Shown: positions 1 to 9,567, counted from the first letter of the stretch. The stretch: DNA of 64,000 nucleotides from Methanomicrobiaceae archaeon (GCA_016926855.1 JAFGNT010000016.1:14153-78152), one strand, 5' to 3'. Notes: generated by a model not told the origin, from the letters alone. Numbers and translations are program-made.

Positions 1-848
1 AACCGGAGCATCATGTTCCGGTTTCCGCTCGCGAACCGGTACTGCCGTTCCCCGAACTTTGCCGCATGTTCGTTGATCGCACGGTCGGCAAGGTCATACA
101 TCACCGGGGTTTCGACCGGCATACCCCCATAGTCAAGCACGAGCGAAAGCACGTAATCCGACAGCAGATCGCGGACCAGCTTTCCCTTCGGCATCCAGCG
201 GTGGTGCCCGACGTCGCTTCTCGGCTCGTAGTCGACAAGCTCCTTTGCCCGCATCAGCTCCACGTGCAGCGGTTCGCCCCCTGCCGGTACGGAAAGGCCG
301 GTCTCCTTTGTGATCAGCAGACCGAGATCACCGGAATCGAGAAACTCCGTGGTCTCCTTTCGCTCGCCTTCCGGGGTAAGGACAAAGAATTCATGCTCGA
401 TAACCTTTATTTCGCCGGCGCTTCCCTCCCCGGGAACGATTGTCCGGGAGAGTTCGGAGAGAGGATGCCCCTTGCAGGCAAGCGAAAAGGACTTGTACCA
501 GCCGAACGGAGCCCGTTTTACCGTCAGTGCAGTGGTACTCTTCAGGCGCTCCTCGATTCCCCTGAGCACACGGACCGCGACGTCCGGACTCGAGAGATCG
601 CTTGAAAGATGAGCGTAGGGGTACACCATCACCCGGTCCGTATCCAGCTTCCCGGCTGTCGCGGCAATCTCGTCCGCAGTCCGGGTGATGATATCGTCCG
701 GGTTCTCCTCATCGCCCGCCTCCACCGCACAAAAAGCGGTGAGTGCGTCGTCGAGCGCGTCTGCGGGGGGGATCCCATCCTCCGCAACGGGGGTCTTTTT
801 CCGTGCCTCGTAGGATATATGGTCAGAATGGATTAACAGGATTCGCAT
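1..848 (-). CDS. thrS: threonyl-tRNA synthetase, 5' part only (gene continues beyond window start)
   Basis: Not in the ORF track because it has no stop inside the window. My translation of the minus strand from the ATG at 848-846 gives [25 protein letters not shown]...[17 protein letters not shown]...[19 protein letters not shown]...FGERQYRF. This is the archaeal-type ThrRS N-terminal editing domain followed by the start of the class II core. The frame stays open to position 1. Confidence 0.8.
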   Translation of the reverse strand, partial: MRILLIHSDHISYEARKKTPVAEDGIPPADALDDALTAFCAVEAGDEENPDDIITRTADEIAATAGKLDTDRVMVYPYAHLSSDLSSPDVAVRVLRGIEERLKSTTALTVKRAPFGWYKSFSLACKGHPLSELSRTIVPGEGSAGEIKVIEHEFFVLTPEGERKETTEFLDSGDLGLLITKETGLSVPAGGEPLHVELMRAKELVDYEPRSDVGHHRWMPKGKLVRDLLSDYVLSLVLDYGGMPVETPVMYDLADRAINEHAAKFGERQYRFASGNRNMMLR

Positions 849-890
849 GCATATTCTCCGGACAATTTCCTCAAATGTGGTGTGTAATGG

Positions 891-896
891 TATAAA
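891..896 (-). promoter_or_regulatory. candidate TATA box for thrS
   Basis: The minus strand reads TTTATA about 45 nt upstream of the thrS ATG, in a short AT-rich spacer. Confidence 0.3.
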
Positions 897-921
897 TGTA
901 CAGGGGGGCGGATTCCGCACC

Positions 922-1485
922 TCAGGGTGTTTCGGACCGCGGGTTCAGATCATACCGGGACAGGGTCGCCTGCCGCTGATCAAGATATTTCGCATCCCCT
1001 TTTAAAAAGTAGGGGCGTTCGGCCCGTTCTGTCGTGTAGAAAACCAGCTGGCCGATGGGCATGCCCGCGTAAAGACGCACCGGTCGCTGGTTCGCGTTTG
1101 AGATTTCAAGGGTGATTGTGCCGCGGAAACCGGCATCGATCCACCCGCCGGTCTGGTGCAGGGCGATTCCGAGGCGGGCGATGCTGCTCTTGCCCTCGAT
1201 ACTTGCCACGATGTTATCCGGAAGGCTTATGCACTCCAGTGTTTCGGCGAGCAGGAATTTGCCGGGCGTGATATCGATATGCGGAGCATGGTGTTCACCG
1301 GTTTCGGCACGGATCGACGCTGCATCGTAGGGATCGATCACGCCGTCACCGGGAGTGTACCATACAAAGTGATCGCCGAGCCGGATGTCGAGCGAGTTCG
1401 GTTGTACGAGGTTCGGGTCAAACGGGTCGATCCCGATAAAACCCCGGGCGATGCGATCCCGGATCTGCCAGTCAACAAGGATCAT
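922..1485 (-). CDS. dcd: dCTP deaminase (dUTPase-fold)
   Basis: 187-aa [40 protein letters not shown]...[15 protein letters not shown]. It has the typical dCTP deaminase length and motifs. Confidence 0.9.
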   Translation of the reverse strand: MILVDWQIRDRIARGFIGIDPFDPNLVQPNSLDIRLGDHFVWYTPGDGVIDPYDAASIRAETGEHHAPHIDITPGKFLLAETLECISLPDNIVASIEGKSSIARLGIALHQTGGWIDAGFRGTITLEISNANQRPVRLYAGMPIGQLVFYTTERAERPYFLKGDAKYLDQRQATLSRYDLNPRSETP

Positions 1486-1510
1486 TGTATAGTACTCTCG
1501 TCTGTCGGGT

Positions 1511-2224
1511 TTACTTATTTTGGGTTTTATCTTCTCCGGAAAGGTGCCATTCCGTTCTCCGGAGCAGGCCGTGCAGCGTCGACACTTCCCGTGGAGTAAG
1601 CAGGGTTCTCGAAAAGATACGCCGCATCATCACCATTGTGTTATCCCGTTTGAAATCGGGATGGTCGATGGTATCGAGAAACCGGTCGATGTGATCATAG
1701 AACGCATCGAGCTCGACGCGCGAGGCGATCCGGTACGTGCCGCGGGGAAGGGCGGCAAGTTCGTAGCAGAGGATGCCCACGGCGTGCGAGATGTTGACGA
1801 TCGGATAGTCGGTCGAGGCGGGAATCGTGCACACGATGTCGCACTGTCGGATCTCATCGTTTGATAGTCCATAGTTCTCACGCCCGAAAAGGATCGATAC
1901 CCGTCCCTCCACATCGCGGATCATGGCACCCAGCTCGCGGGGAGTGTAAAAGGGCATGCGGAGCGACGTACAGATCGACTTGCCGAACTCTCCCGTCGTG
2001 GCAACAAGGAGACTGCTTTTTGCGATTACCTCCTCAAGCGTGCAGTGCCGGGCGCTCTCCAGCACGTCTCGGGCATGGGAGGCGCGGGCGATGGCCTCGT
2101 CCCCTATCGCCGGCGGATTGATCAGGACGAGCCGGTCAAACCCGAAATTTTTTATGACACGGGCTGCAAAACCGATGTTCCCCTCATACAGGGGCTCGAC
2201 CAGGACGAAATCAATCTCCGGCAC
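1511..2224 (-). CDS. SpoU/TrmH-family RNA 2'-O-methyltransferase (TrmJ-like)
   Basis: 237-aa [41 protein letters not shown]...[13 protein letters not shown]. This matches the SPOUT class TrmJ/TrmH group pattern. Confidence 0.8.
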   Translation of the reverse strand: MPEIDFVLVEPLYEGNIGFAARVIKNFGFDRLVLINPPAIGDEAIARASHARDVLESARHCTLEEVIAKSSLLVATTGEFGKSICTSLRMPFYTPRELGAMIRDVEGRVSILFGRENYGLSNDEIRQCDIVCTIPASTDYPIVNISHAVGILCYELAALPRGTYRIASRVELDAFYDHIDRFLDTIDHPDFKRDNTMVMMRRIFSRTLLTPREVSTLHGLLRRTEWHLSGEDKTQNK

Positions 2225-2241
2225 GGACCAAAAACCTCCCG

Positions 2242-2940
2242 TCAGGAAACGGCACGCACCGTTTCCTTCAGGACTGCAGCACCCTCGTCGTATACCGCAT
2301 TGCCGACGACGATCGTATCGGCATACCGTGCCATTTCAGCAGCCCGCTCCGCAGAGTTGATGCCGCCCCCGTAATAGAGCACAGCGGTATCGAGTGCGGC
2401 GGCCGCCGCCTTAACGATCGCCGGATCACCATATGTCCCGCTGTATTCGATATACACGATCGGGAAATGGAAGTACTGTTCTGCAACGGTGGCGTACGCC
2501 GCCACATCCTCCGCCCGGAGCGTGCAGTCCGCACCGGTCACCCTGCCGACAGCGGACGCAGGATTGAGGACGATGTACGCCTCCGGTACGACGATATCCC
2601 AGCGTACCCTGCTGTGTTTCACCCACGCTTTGTGTTTTCCGACAATCCAGCGCACGTCTGAGGTATTGAGAACGCTCGGGACAAAGAGGGCGTCGATACC
2701 CTCGCAGAGAACCGCTTCGGGCCCTGCAGGCTCTACGACCAGCGGAAGCCCGTAGGCTGATACCTGTTCGAGCAGACAGGACAGGTTCTCCTGCGTCACG
2801 TTCAGCGTGCCGGAGAGCATGAGCGCATCGGTGCCGCTCGTGACGATGTCGGCAATCGATCCGGGATCGAGGTTTTTGTCGGGGTCGAGTTTTGTCACGT
2901 GGACCCAGTCTTTCCAGTTGAGCTGCATGGGAGTCACCAC
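2242..2940 (-). CDS. geranylgeranylglyceryl phosphate synthase (PcrB/GGGPS family)
   Basis: 232-aa ORF ...WVHVTKLDPDKNL...IVYIEYSGTYGDP...LYYGGGINS...IVVGNAVY, the characteristic GGGPS TIM-barrel motifs. An alternative start at 2928 (MQLNW) is possible. Confidence 0.85.
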   Translation of the reverse strand: MVTPMQLNWKDWVHVTKLDPDKNLDPGSIADIVTSGTDALMLSGTLNVTQENLSCLLEQVSAYGLPLVVEPAGPEAVLCEGIDALFVPSVLNTSDVRWIVGKHKAWVKHSRVRWDIVVPEAYIVLNPASAVGRVTGADCTLRAEDVAAYATVAEQYFHFPIVYIEYSGTYGDPAIVKAAAAALDTAVLYYGGGINSAERAAEMARYADTIVVGNAVYDEGAAVLKETVRAVS

Positions 2941-2949
2941 AGGGAGAAA

Positions 2950-5760
2950 TTATGTTTCAGTGCCGGCCGCCGCTTTCTGCATCGCCGTCACCTTCTCCTC
3001 AGGTATCGCGGCAATCCGTGCAATCCGTCCCGGATCGGCCTGTGCGAGTGCCAGAGCATCGGTGACGCCCGCACGATAGAGGCGCTCCAGTGTCGCCTCC
3101 CCGATACCGGGAATGGCAAGAAGCTCGGTTCTGCCTTTTTCAAGCGCCTTTTTACTCACTTTTTGCGGCGGGTTCACACCCATGCCCAAACAAACCTTCT
3201 CCACGTGCTTCTGCACTGTTTCGATGCCGATACCGGTCTTAATACTGAGGAAGGCAGACGGAATGTTACAGAAATCCTCCGGCCTCATAAAGCCGCCGTC
3301 GAGGTACTTTTTCAGGCTGACAGGGGGAATCCCCGTTTCGCGCAGCGTCTGTTCCTGGCATACCCTCTCCGCCGTTCTGATAAGCGAGACGGCCTCCGTG
3401 TCACCTACTTTCAGGGAGACGAGCACGGCAGGATCAATCACAGAAAGGTCATGGATGGTATTGACATCCGCCGCAAAAAGGCCCGAGGCGATCTTGCCGT
3501 GGCTTCGCCCCCGGCGCGGCGGGATATGCGCCCGCAGGAATTTCCGGAGCTCTGATCGTTTCCGGAGAAGCCCGAGGACTGATTCCGCCTCTTCAATCAG
3601 GCGCGCTGCAGCGGTTACATCGATCGACAACAACGATGCCAGTTTTCCCGGTTCCGCACCGGCGATCTCTCCGACAGTGTAGATATGATGCGAGTGAAGC
3701 CGGTTAACGAGGCTGTCGGTCATGGCAGGCATGAGCCGGAGCGTCTCACGATTTGTTGCGATATGGTTGCAGAAGGGGCATCCGATGTCCCACGGACGGG
3801 AGCCTTTCCGCACGAGGCGGACATGGGCGAGATCGTGGTGCGGGCAGATCTCTTCTGTCCGCACCGCCCGCCCCCACTGGGCGGAGGGCAGGCTGATATT
3901 GAATCCGCACTCGGGATACGCGGAGCAGCCGATGAACTGCGCCATCCCCTTTGACTGGCGGAGGCGAAGGTCCTCACCGCAGACGGGGCATTTGCCGAGG
4001 ATACGCTCCTCGTCGGTCCGCTCCATTATCTCCTCGCCGATCTCCTCCCGGTGTGCTTCGAGGTCGTCGAAGACCTGATGAAGCATCGAACGCGACTCGG
4101 CGACCACAATATCACGCTTCCGCTTCGCCTGCTTGATCTCCTCCATATGCCCTTCAAGAGTCCGCGTCATGTCGGGTTTCGTAATGAGCTCCACGTGGCT
4201 TTCCAGTGATTCTGTGACCGCCCGGCCGACAAGAGTGGGGCGCAGCGGCGTCCCGGCCACATACCGGCGCGAGACGAGCTTCCCGATCACGTCGTGCCGG
4301 GTGCTCTTCGTGCCGAGGCCAAGCTCTTCCATCCGCTGGATGAGCCGGCTCTGGGAGTATCGCGGCGGCGGCTGGGTCTCCTTCTCCTCAAGCATCACAT
4401 CGTATATCGGGAGCAGGTCACCCTCTGCAAGCGCCGGGAGAAGATATTCCTTCGCGTCACTGTACGTGTAGACAGTCAGGTACCCGGGTTCGGCCATCTG
4501 CTGCCCCGTTGCCGTATACTCCTGTCCCGAGGCGTCGAAGAGGTATTTCAGGGTTTTCCATGTCGCGTCAGGGCTTAATGTGGCAAGGAACCGCCTGACG
4601 ACAAGTTCGTAAATCTTCCATGCGTCATCGCTGATCTGTCCTCGTGCGAGCGCCCCTGTCGGGTGTATCGGCGGATGATCAGTGCTCGATTTTTTGCCGC
4701 GTGTGGGGGTCGCGCGACGGTGCGCCCGCACCCATGCCGCATCACGGGAAAATGCCGACTTTTCAAGCACCGTGAGAATTCCATTGAGATCGAGCGACGC
4801 AGGATAGACCGTATTGTCGGTGCGGGGGTAGGAGATGTGCCCGTTCATATAGAGGTCTTCTGCGACCCGCATCGAATTTGCCGCGGAAAAACCAAGGCGT
4901 GCCGCCGCGACGATAAAGGATGTCGTGTCGAACGGTGCGGGCGGACGGTCTGTCTTGGTCCCTTCCTTCACACTGGTAGCGATAAGAGGCTCTTTGCTCT
5001 TCGCAGCGGCATGCGCCGCCTCGTCACAGTCCCAGAATCTCCCGTGAGTGTGCCGTGCCTCGAAACGCCGGCCCTCTGCCTCGGTTTCCAGACCGAGCAC
5101 CCAGTACGCCTCAGGGGTGAATGCCTCGATCTCCTTTTCACGGTCCACGATCATGGCAAGGGTCGGGCTCTGGACGCGCCCGACACTCAGGATGTTTTTT
5201 CCGCCGCGCCGTGCGGCGATGCTGATGAACCGGGTAAGCGACGCCCCCCACATGAGATCGACGATCTGCCGTGCTTCTCCTGCCGCTGCAAGATCGAAGT
5301 CAATTGCAGACGGATGGGAGAAAGCTGCGGTGATCTCGCCCCGTGTAATGGCACTGAACCGTGCGCGCTGGACAGGGACCGACGGATTAACCACGCGGAC
5401 GAGTTCGTATGCCTCTTTGCCGATCAGCTCACCCTCCGTATCGAAATCGGTCGCGATTGTGACACGATCGGCTTTTTTTGCAAGTTTCTGGATCAGGGTG
5501 ACGATCCCTTTTTCCGTAGGGCGCTTGATGATGCCCGCGTTGATGAGTGTTCTCGGGGTGTGCGTCTCGCTCCGCCAGTTTGTATACCCCGGTTCGAAAT
5601 CTATCTCAACCACGTGCCCACGGAGCCCGACGGCGACCTGATCACCGAAGCGGTATGTCCGAACACCCCCTTCCTTTCGGGCATCGACGGTGTTCTTGTC
5701 AGCAAGAATCCCTGCAATGCGCTGTGCTGCGATATTTTTTTCGGCAATAATCAGGTGCAT
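2950..5760 (-). CDS. topA: DNA topoisomerase I (type IA) with C-terminal zinc ribbons and helix-hairpin-helix repeats
   Basis: The ORF 2950..5826 is trimmed to the internal ATG at 5760 (MHLIIAEKNIAAQRIAGIL, Toprim start), because gatB stops at 5765. A Topo IA core is present (ISYPRTDN active-site Tyr context). It carries CPVCG..GCSAYPEC and CPHH..CPFC zinc ribbons and a Gly-rich HhH tail (LLAIPGIGEATLERLYRAG). Confidence 0.9.
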   Translation of the reverse strand: MHLIIAEKNIAAQRIAGILADKNTVDARKEGGVRTYRFGDQVAVGLRGHVVEIDFEPGYTNWRSETHTPRTLINAGIIKRPTEKGIVTLIQKLAKKADRVTIATDFDTEGELIGKEAYELVRVVNPSVPVQRARFSAITRGEITAAFSHPSAIDFDLAAAGEARQIVDLMWGASLTRFISIAARRGGKNILSVGRVQSPTLAMIVDREKEIEAFTPEAYWVLGLETEAEGRRFEARHTHGRFWDCDEAAHAAAKSKEPLIATSVKEGTKTDRPPAPFDTTSFIVAAARLGFSAANSMRVAEDLYMNGHISYPRTDNTVYPASLDLNGILTVLEKSAFSRDAAWVRAHRRATPTRGKKSSTDHPPIHPTGALARGQISDDAWKIYELVVRRFLATLSPDATWKTLKYLFDASGQEYTATGQQMAEPGYLTVYTYSDAKEYLLPALAEGDLLPIYDVMLEEKETQPPPRYSQSRLIQRMEELGLGTKSTRHDVIGKLVSRRYVAGTPLRPTLVGRAVTESLESHVELITKPDMTRTLEGHMEEIKQAKRKRDIVVAESRSMLHQVFDDLEAHREEIGEEIMERTDEERILGKCPVCGEDLRLRQSKGMAQFIGCSAYPECGFNISLPSAQWGRAVRTEEICPHHDLAHVRLVRKGSRPWDIGCPFCNHIATNRETLRLMPAMTDSLVNRLHSHHIYTVGEIAGAEPGKLASLLSIDVTAAARLIEEAESVLGLLRKRSELRKFLRAHIPPRRGRSHGKIASGLFAADVNTIHDLSVIDPAVLVSLKVGDTEAVSLIRTAERVCQEQTLRETGIPPVSLKKYLDGGFMRPEDFCNIPSAFLSIKTGIGIETVQKHVEKVCLGMGVNPPQKVSKKALEKGRTELLAIPGIGEATLERLYRAGVTDALALAQADPGRIARIAAIPEEKVTAMQKAAAGTET

Positions 5761-5764
5761 GTGT

Positions 5765-7186
5765 TTACCCTCTCTCCTCTTCGATATGGGTGCGGATGCG
5801 CCGGTTGAGATCTTTCGGATCAGCACGCCCCCGGGTTTCCTTCATGGCCATGCCGACAAGGAAATTCAGGGCACCCTCTTTACCGCTCACATAATCAGCG
5901 ACTGCGTCCGGATTGGCCCGGACAACCGAGGCGACGATGTCTGCAAACTCGTCTCCTTCCGCCTTGCCGAGATTTTCGCGTGCGACGATATCGACCGGCA
6001 TCTCCGGCTCACGCCCTTCCCTGCAGGCATCAAGCAGGTGGCGAAGCACCTCGACACCCGCACGGTCAGTGATCCGCCCCTCTGTAAGAAGGGTGATCAG
6101 GTTTGCGAAATGGTCCGCAGGGATGCGGTCGATCTGCATGGACCGGTATGCGAGCTCTCCGAGGAGCGTGTCCGCAACCCAGGTGGCCGCCAGCTGTGCG
6201 CCCGCGAGAGCCACCGCCTCGTAAAACTCCGCAATCCGGATATCCCCCGTCAGTGTCCGGGCATGGTTCTCCGAGATGTCGTACTGCCGGAGGAAGCGTT
6301 CCCGCCGTGCATCCGGAAGTTCGGGAAGCACGATGCCCTCCACCCAGTCCGCGACCCGTAACGGCAGGAGATCGGGTTCAGGGAAGTATCGGTAATCGTT
6401 CTCCTCCTCCTTCGAGCGTGACGACGTCGTGATGCCGCGCCCTTCCTGGAAGTGCCGGGTCTCGCGCACGATGTGAACCCCGCGCCGTATCAGGTTTTTC
6501 TGCCGCGTTATCTCAAAGGTGAGGGCCTTTTCGACACCCTTGTAGGACGAGATGTTTTTGCACTCCACACGGTTGTGCCCTTCGAGCGAGATGTTTGCAT
6601 CGACCCTGATGGCTCCCTCACGCTCGCCGTCGAAGACGCTGAGGTACTCGAGTGTCGCCCGGAGTTTGTTGAGGAAACGCCGGGCCTCTTTCGGCGACCG
6701 GAGATCAGGATCCGTCACAATCTCGATGAGCGGGATGCCGCTCCGGTTGTAGTCGATGAGGGAGTATCCCGCACGGTCACGGCCCGTCTTGTGGACAAGA
6801 CGCCCCGGATCCTCTTCGAGATGGATGCGCGTGATGCCGATTCGTTTCGGGGTGCCGTCATCGGCCTCTATCTCAAGCCAGCCGCGTTCCGCAAGCGGCT
6901 TGTCGTACATCGTGATCTGGTATCCTTTCGGAAGATCGGGGTAGAAGTAGTTTTTACGGGAGAACACCGACTCGTCGAGCACGGTAAGGTTGAGCGCCTT
7001 GGCAACCCTGAGCGCATAGTCAACCGTTCCGCGGTTCAGGCGGGGCATGGCGCCGGGCAGCCCGAGACAGACCGGGCAGACGTGAGTGTTGGGCCCTTCG
7101 TCCCGGTAATCGGTCGAACAGCCGCAGAAAAGCTTCGTTTTCGTGCTGAGCTGGCAGTGGATTTCGAGCCCGATGATCACGTTCAT
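5765..7186 (-). CDS. gatB: Asp/Glu-tRNA amidotransferase subunit B
   Basis: 473 aa, MNVIIGLEIHCQLSTKTKLFCGCSTDY...CPVCLGLPGAMP. ATGA overlap with the gatA stop. Confidence 0.95.
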   Translation of the reverse strand: MNVIIGLEIHCQLSTKTKLFCGCSTDYRDEGPNTHVCPVCLGLPGAMPRLNRGTVDYALRVAKALNLTVLDESVFSRKNYFYPDLPKGYQITMYDKPLAERGWLEIEADDGTPKRIGITRIHLEEDPGRLVHKTGRDRAGYSLIDYNRSGIPLIEIVTDPDLRSPKEARRFLNKLRATLEYLSVFDGEREGAIRVDANISLEGHNRVECKNISSYKGVEKALTFEITRQKNLIRRGVHIVRETRHFQEGRGITTSSRSKEEENDYRYFPEPDLLPLRVADWVEGIVLPELPDARRERFLRQYDISENHARTLTGDIRIAEFYEAVALAGAQLAATWVADTLLGELAYRSMQIDRIPADHFANLITLLTEGRITDRAGVEVLRHLLDACREGREPEMPVDIVARENLGKAEGDEFADIVASVVRANPDAVADYVSGKEGALNFLVGMAMKETRGRADPKDLNRRIRTHIEEERG

Positions 7187-8484
7187 CGCAGCACCTCCTG
7201 TTCATAGGCATACGCCACGTCCACAACCTGTTCGTCCTCGAAGTGGCGCCCGATGATCTGCAGGCCTGCCGGAAGGCCGTTTATCGTGCCGCACGGAACT
7301 GATATCGCCGGCACTCCGGCGAGATTTGCGGGAACGGTGAGGATGTCGGAGAGGTACATCGAAAGGGGATCCGACTTCTCGCCAAGCCGCCATGCGGTCG
7401 TCGGCATCGTCGGGCCTGCAATTACGTCGACATCACTGAGCACACGGGTAAAGTCGTCCCTGACTGCTTTCCGCGCTACCTGCGCCTTCGCATAGTACTT
7501 GCCGTAATACCCTGCCGAGAGGGCGAAGGTGCCGAGCATGATGCGCCGCTGCACTTCCTTGCCGAACCGGTCTCCGCGGAGTTCCCGGAATGCTGCGTGC
7601 CATTGTTTCTTCGTATCGACAGCGGGACCGTAGCGGACACCGTCGAACCGCGCAAGATTAGAGGATGCTTCGCTTGTGCAGGTGACATAGTAGGCCGCAA
7701 GGGCGAAGGCCATCGACGGCATCGTGCACGGCACAATCTCCGCACCGAGATGCTCCAGCACGGCAATTGCATCGCGGACCCGCTCTCCGACCGCGTCGTC
7801 GACACCTTCGCCGAAGAACTCCGCAGGCACGCCGACACGGGTGCCGCGTATCTCTGCCGAGGGAGTGTGGGTGTACGGACGGTCGGCCGATGTCGAGTCG
7901 CGCCGGTCATGGCCCGCAATCACCGCCATCACGCGGGAGACGTCGCTGACCGTGGCAGCCAGCGGGCCGATCTGCTCAAGCGTATTTGAATAGGCAATGA
8001 GCCCGTACCGGGAAACACGGCTGTAGGTTGGTTTCAGCCCCACAATGCCGCAGAACGCAGCAGGGCAGCGTATTGAACCCCCCGTGTCGGACCCGAGCGC
8101 GGCAGGCACCAGGCCGCCGGCGACCGCAGCGGCACTACCGCCCGAAGAGCCGCCCGGGACCCTGCCCGGATCGGCGGGATTTGCCGTCGGTCCGTACGCA
8201 CTGTTTTCGGTGGTCGTGCCCATCCCGAACTCGTCCATATTGGTTTTTCCAACGATTCCGGCACCGGCAGCCTTCAGCAGGGTGACGACGTGGGCATCGT
8301 AGGGAGGAACATACCCCTCAAGGATACGCGAGCCGCAGGTGGTGGGGAGACCTGCCGTGGAGATATTATCCTTGATGGCCACCGGGAGTCCCTGAAGCGC
8401 ACCGTCACCATACCTGACTGTCTCCTGCCGGTACAGGAATGCATTCCAGCGGTCAGGCGCGTCGAAAGTGAACGTTCCCGCCAC
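7183..8484 (-). CDS. gatA: Asp/Glu-tRNA amidotransferase subunit A (amidase)
   Basis: 433 aa with the amidase signature GGSSGGSAAAVA and KDNISTAGLPTTCGS. The start is GTG at 8484-8482 and overlaps the gatC stop by 1 nt. Confidence 0.95.
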   Translation of the reverse strand: MAGTFTFDAPDRWNAFLYRQETVRYGDGALQGLPVAIKDNISTAGLPTTCGSRILEGYVPPYDAHVVTLLKAAGAGIVGKTNMDEFGMGTTTENSAYGPTANPADPGRVPGGSSGGSAAAVAGGLVPAALGSDTGGSIRCPAAFCGIVGLKPTYSRVSRYGLIAYSNTLEQIGPLAATVSDVSRVMAVIAGHDRRDSTSADRPYTHTPSAEIRGTRVGVPAEFFGEGVDDAVGERVRDAIAVLEHLGAEIVPCTMPSMAFALAAYYVTCTSEASSNLARFDGVRYGPAVDTKKQWHAAFRELRGDRFGKEVQRRIMLGTFALSAGYYGKYYAKAQVARKAVRDDFTRVLSDVDVIAGPTMPTTAWRLGEKSDPLSMYLSDILTVPANLAGVPAISVPCGTINGLPAGLQIIGRHFEDEQVVDVAYAYEQEVLR

Positions 8485-8771
8485 TACATCACCCTCGGCC
8501 CCTTGATAAATTCGTCCTCGGACGAACCGGGATTTGAGAGTACGGCGTCCTGATCGAGGGACGGCTCCACGATATCCTCGCGGAATATATTGTACCGGCC
8601 GGTATCCTCCGGAGACCCTGCTTCCACCGCGTCGAGCAGGTCAAAATATTCGAGAATTGAATTGAACTGTGCGGTAAATGTGCCCAGTTCTTCTTTTGGT
8701 ATGGATATATCCGCGAGGTTCGCGATATCGTTAATCTCAGTTTCAGATACCATTGTGTGCAGTCTCCCCAA
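8484..8771 (-). CDS. gatC: Asp/Glu-tRNA amidotransferase subunit C
   Basis: Small ORF ...MVSETEINDIANLADISIPKEELGTFTAQFNSILEYFDLLD, directly upstream of gatA. An alternative start at 8753 is possible. Confidence 0.85.
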   Translation of the reverse strand: MGRLHTMVSETEINDIANLADISIPKEELGTFTAQFNSILEYFDLLDAVEAGSPEDTGRYNIFREDIVEPSLDQDAVLSNPGSSEDEFIKGPRVM

Positions 8772-8796
8772 TCTGATTTAAGTACCCTTGTACCGC

Positions 8797-8806
8797 TTTT
8801 TTATAA
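8797..8806 (-). promoter_or_regulatory. candidate TATA box of the gatC-led operon
   Basis: The minus strand reads TTATAAAAAA about 26-35 nt upstream of the gatC ATG at 8771. This is compatible with a leaderless or short-leader archaeal transcript. Confidence 0.4.
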
Positions 8807-8916
8807 CCGTTTTGAGCAAGTTGACTGCGCCTTTTGTGTTTTGTAACCACAGAAAGAACGCCGGTTTTTACCACCAGTCAAGGCTTCTTGCCTTGAAGGT
8901 TTAATCGCTCCACCAT

Positions 8917-8923
8917 AAAAAAA
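8917..8923 (-). terminator. oligo-T terminator after ORF 8982..9416
   Basis: The minus strand reads T7 about 60 nt downstream of the stop at 8982. It is preceded by an imperfect GC hairpin (8951-8975). Confidence 0.4.
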
Positions 8924-8981
8924 CACCTCTCTTTTCACACCGGGGGAACGGGAAGGGCGTTTGTCGCCCCTTCACCTTTCC

Positions 8982-9416
8982 TCATCTCTTTTCAACCACA
9001 CGAACGCGGCCAATAACCGGAGTGATGCCATCCTGGCAATATTCACACCCGGGATCTTCCACATCTGCGTAGATTAGAATGTCCTCTTCAACCGCCAGAT
9101 CACCGAGTATTTCGTCTGGTTTTACGGCCCTCTTGTCTTCTGTGAACAGAAAAACATTCGGCCCGTAATACTCCGTTAAACGGGCATGCGCTTCTAATAG
9201 TGTCTGGAAGTTCTCTCTCCTAAACGGTGCTGCGCTTCCGTCAAGTTCTACCAGGACGTGATATTTTCCTATCTCTTCCTGCCGGACAACCATCACCGGG
9301 CTGTCACCCCATTCTTTCGGAAGATAGATGATCGAACTGCTCTGCCCTGCATATAAGCGAGGTGTCCGCCGGATCGCTTCAAACCCGCTTATTTCGAATT
9401 TGCTTTCTTTCTCCAT
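8982..9416 (-). CDS. hypothetical protein with N-terminal AbrB/SpoVT-like (DUF2080-like) motif
   Basis: 144 aa. The motif SSIIYLPKEWGDSPVMVV resembles the swapped-hairpin motif of the neighbouring DUF2080-like protein. The C-terminal half is acidic with a CxxC. Confidence 0.55.
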   Translation of the reverse strand: MEKESKFEISGFEAIRRTPRLYAGQSSSIIYLPKEWGDSPVMVVRQEEIGKYHVLVELDGSAAPFRRENFQTLLEAHARLTEYYGPNVFLFTEDKRAVKPDEILGDLAVEEDILIYADVEDPGCEYCQDGITPVIGRVRVVEKR

Positions 9417-9514
9417 GTGTGTCTCCTGTAATACACCATGTATTACATATGTATTATGTAGGTTTTAAACATATAAAAAGTCCTGTTTTTCTACGCACCG
9501 CCCCGGAAGTTTCT

Positions 9515-9541
9515 GGTAAGTGGTCATTGTGACCACTTACC
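9515..9541. repeat. perfect 27-nt palindrome (12-bp arms, 3-nt centre)
   Basis: GGTAAGTGGTCA-TTG-TGACCACTTACC, read directly. It lies in the AT-rich spacer between two element ORFs. A second inverted repeat, GTAATAC-N5-GTATTAC, lies at 9428-9446. Confidence 0.9.
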
Positions 9542-9567
9542 ACTTTGATGCGTTTGTCGCCCCTTTT

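Noticed and set aside
66-836. + strand ORFs 66..605, 310..612 and 609..836
   Set aside because: The minus strand over the same span translates into a clean ThrRS N-terminus. The + frames are antisense artefacts.
3113-5808. Several + strand ORFs (up to 381 aa) across the topA region
   Set aside because: They are antisense to topA, whose Toprim, active-site and zinc-ribbon motifs are unambiguous.
8772-8981. tRNA gene as integration target at the element's left end (also checked 19409-19430)
   Set aside because: I could not fold a cloverleaf or find T-loop/anticodon-arm signatures. The similarity between the ends maps instead to the asnB-like gene's 3' end.
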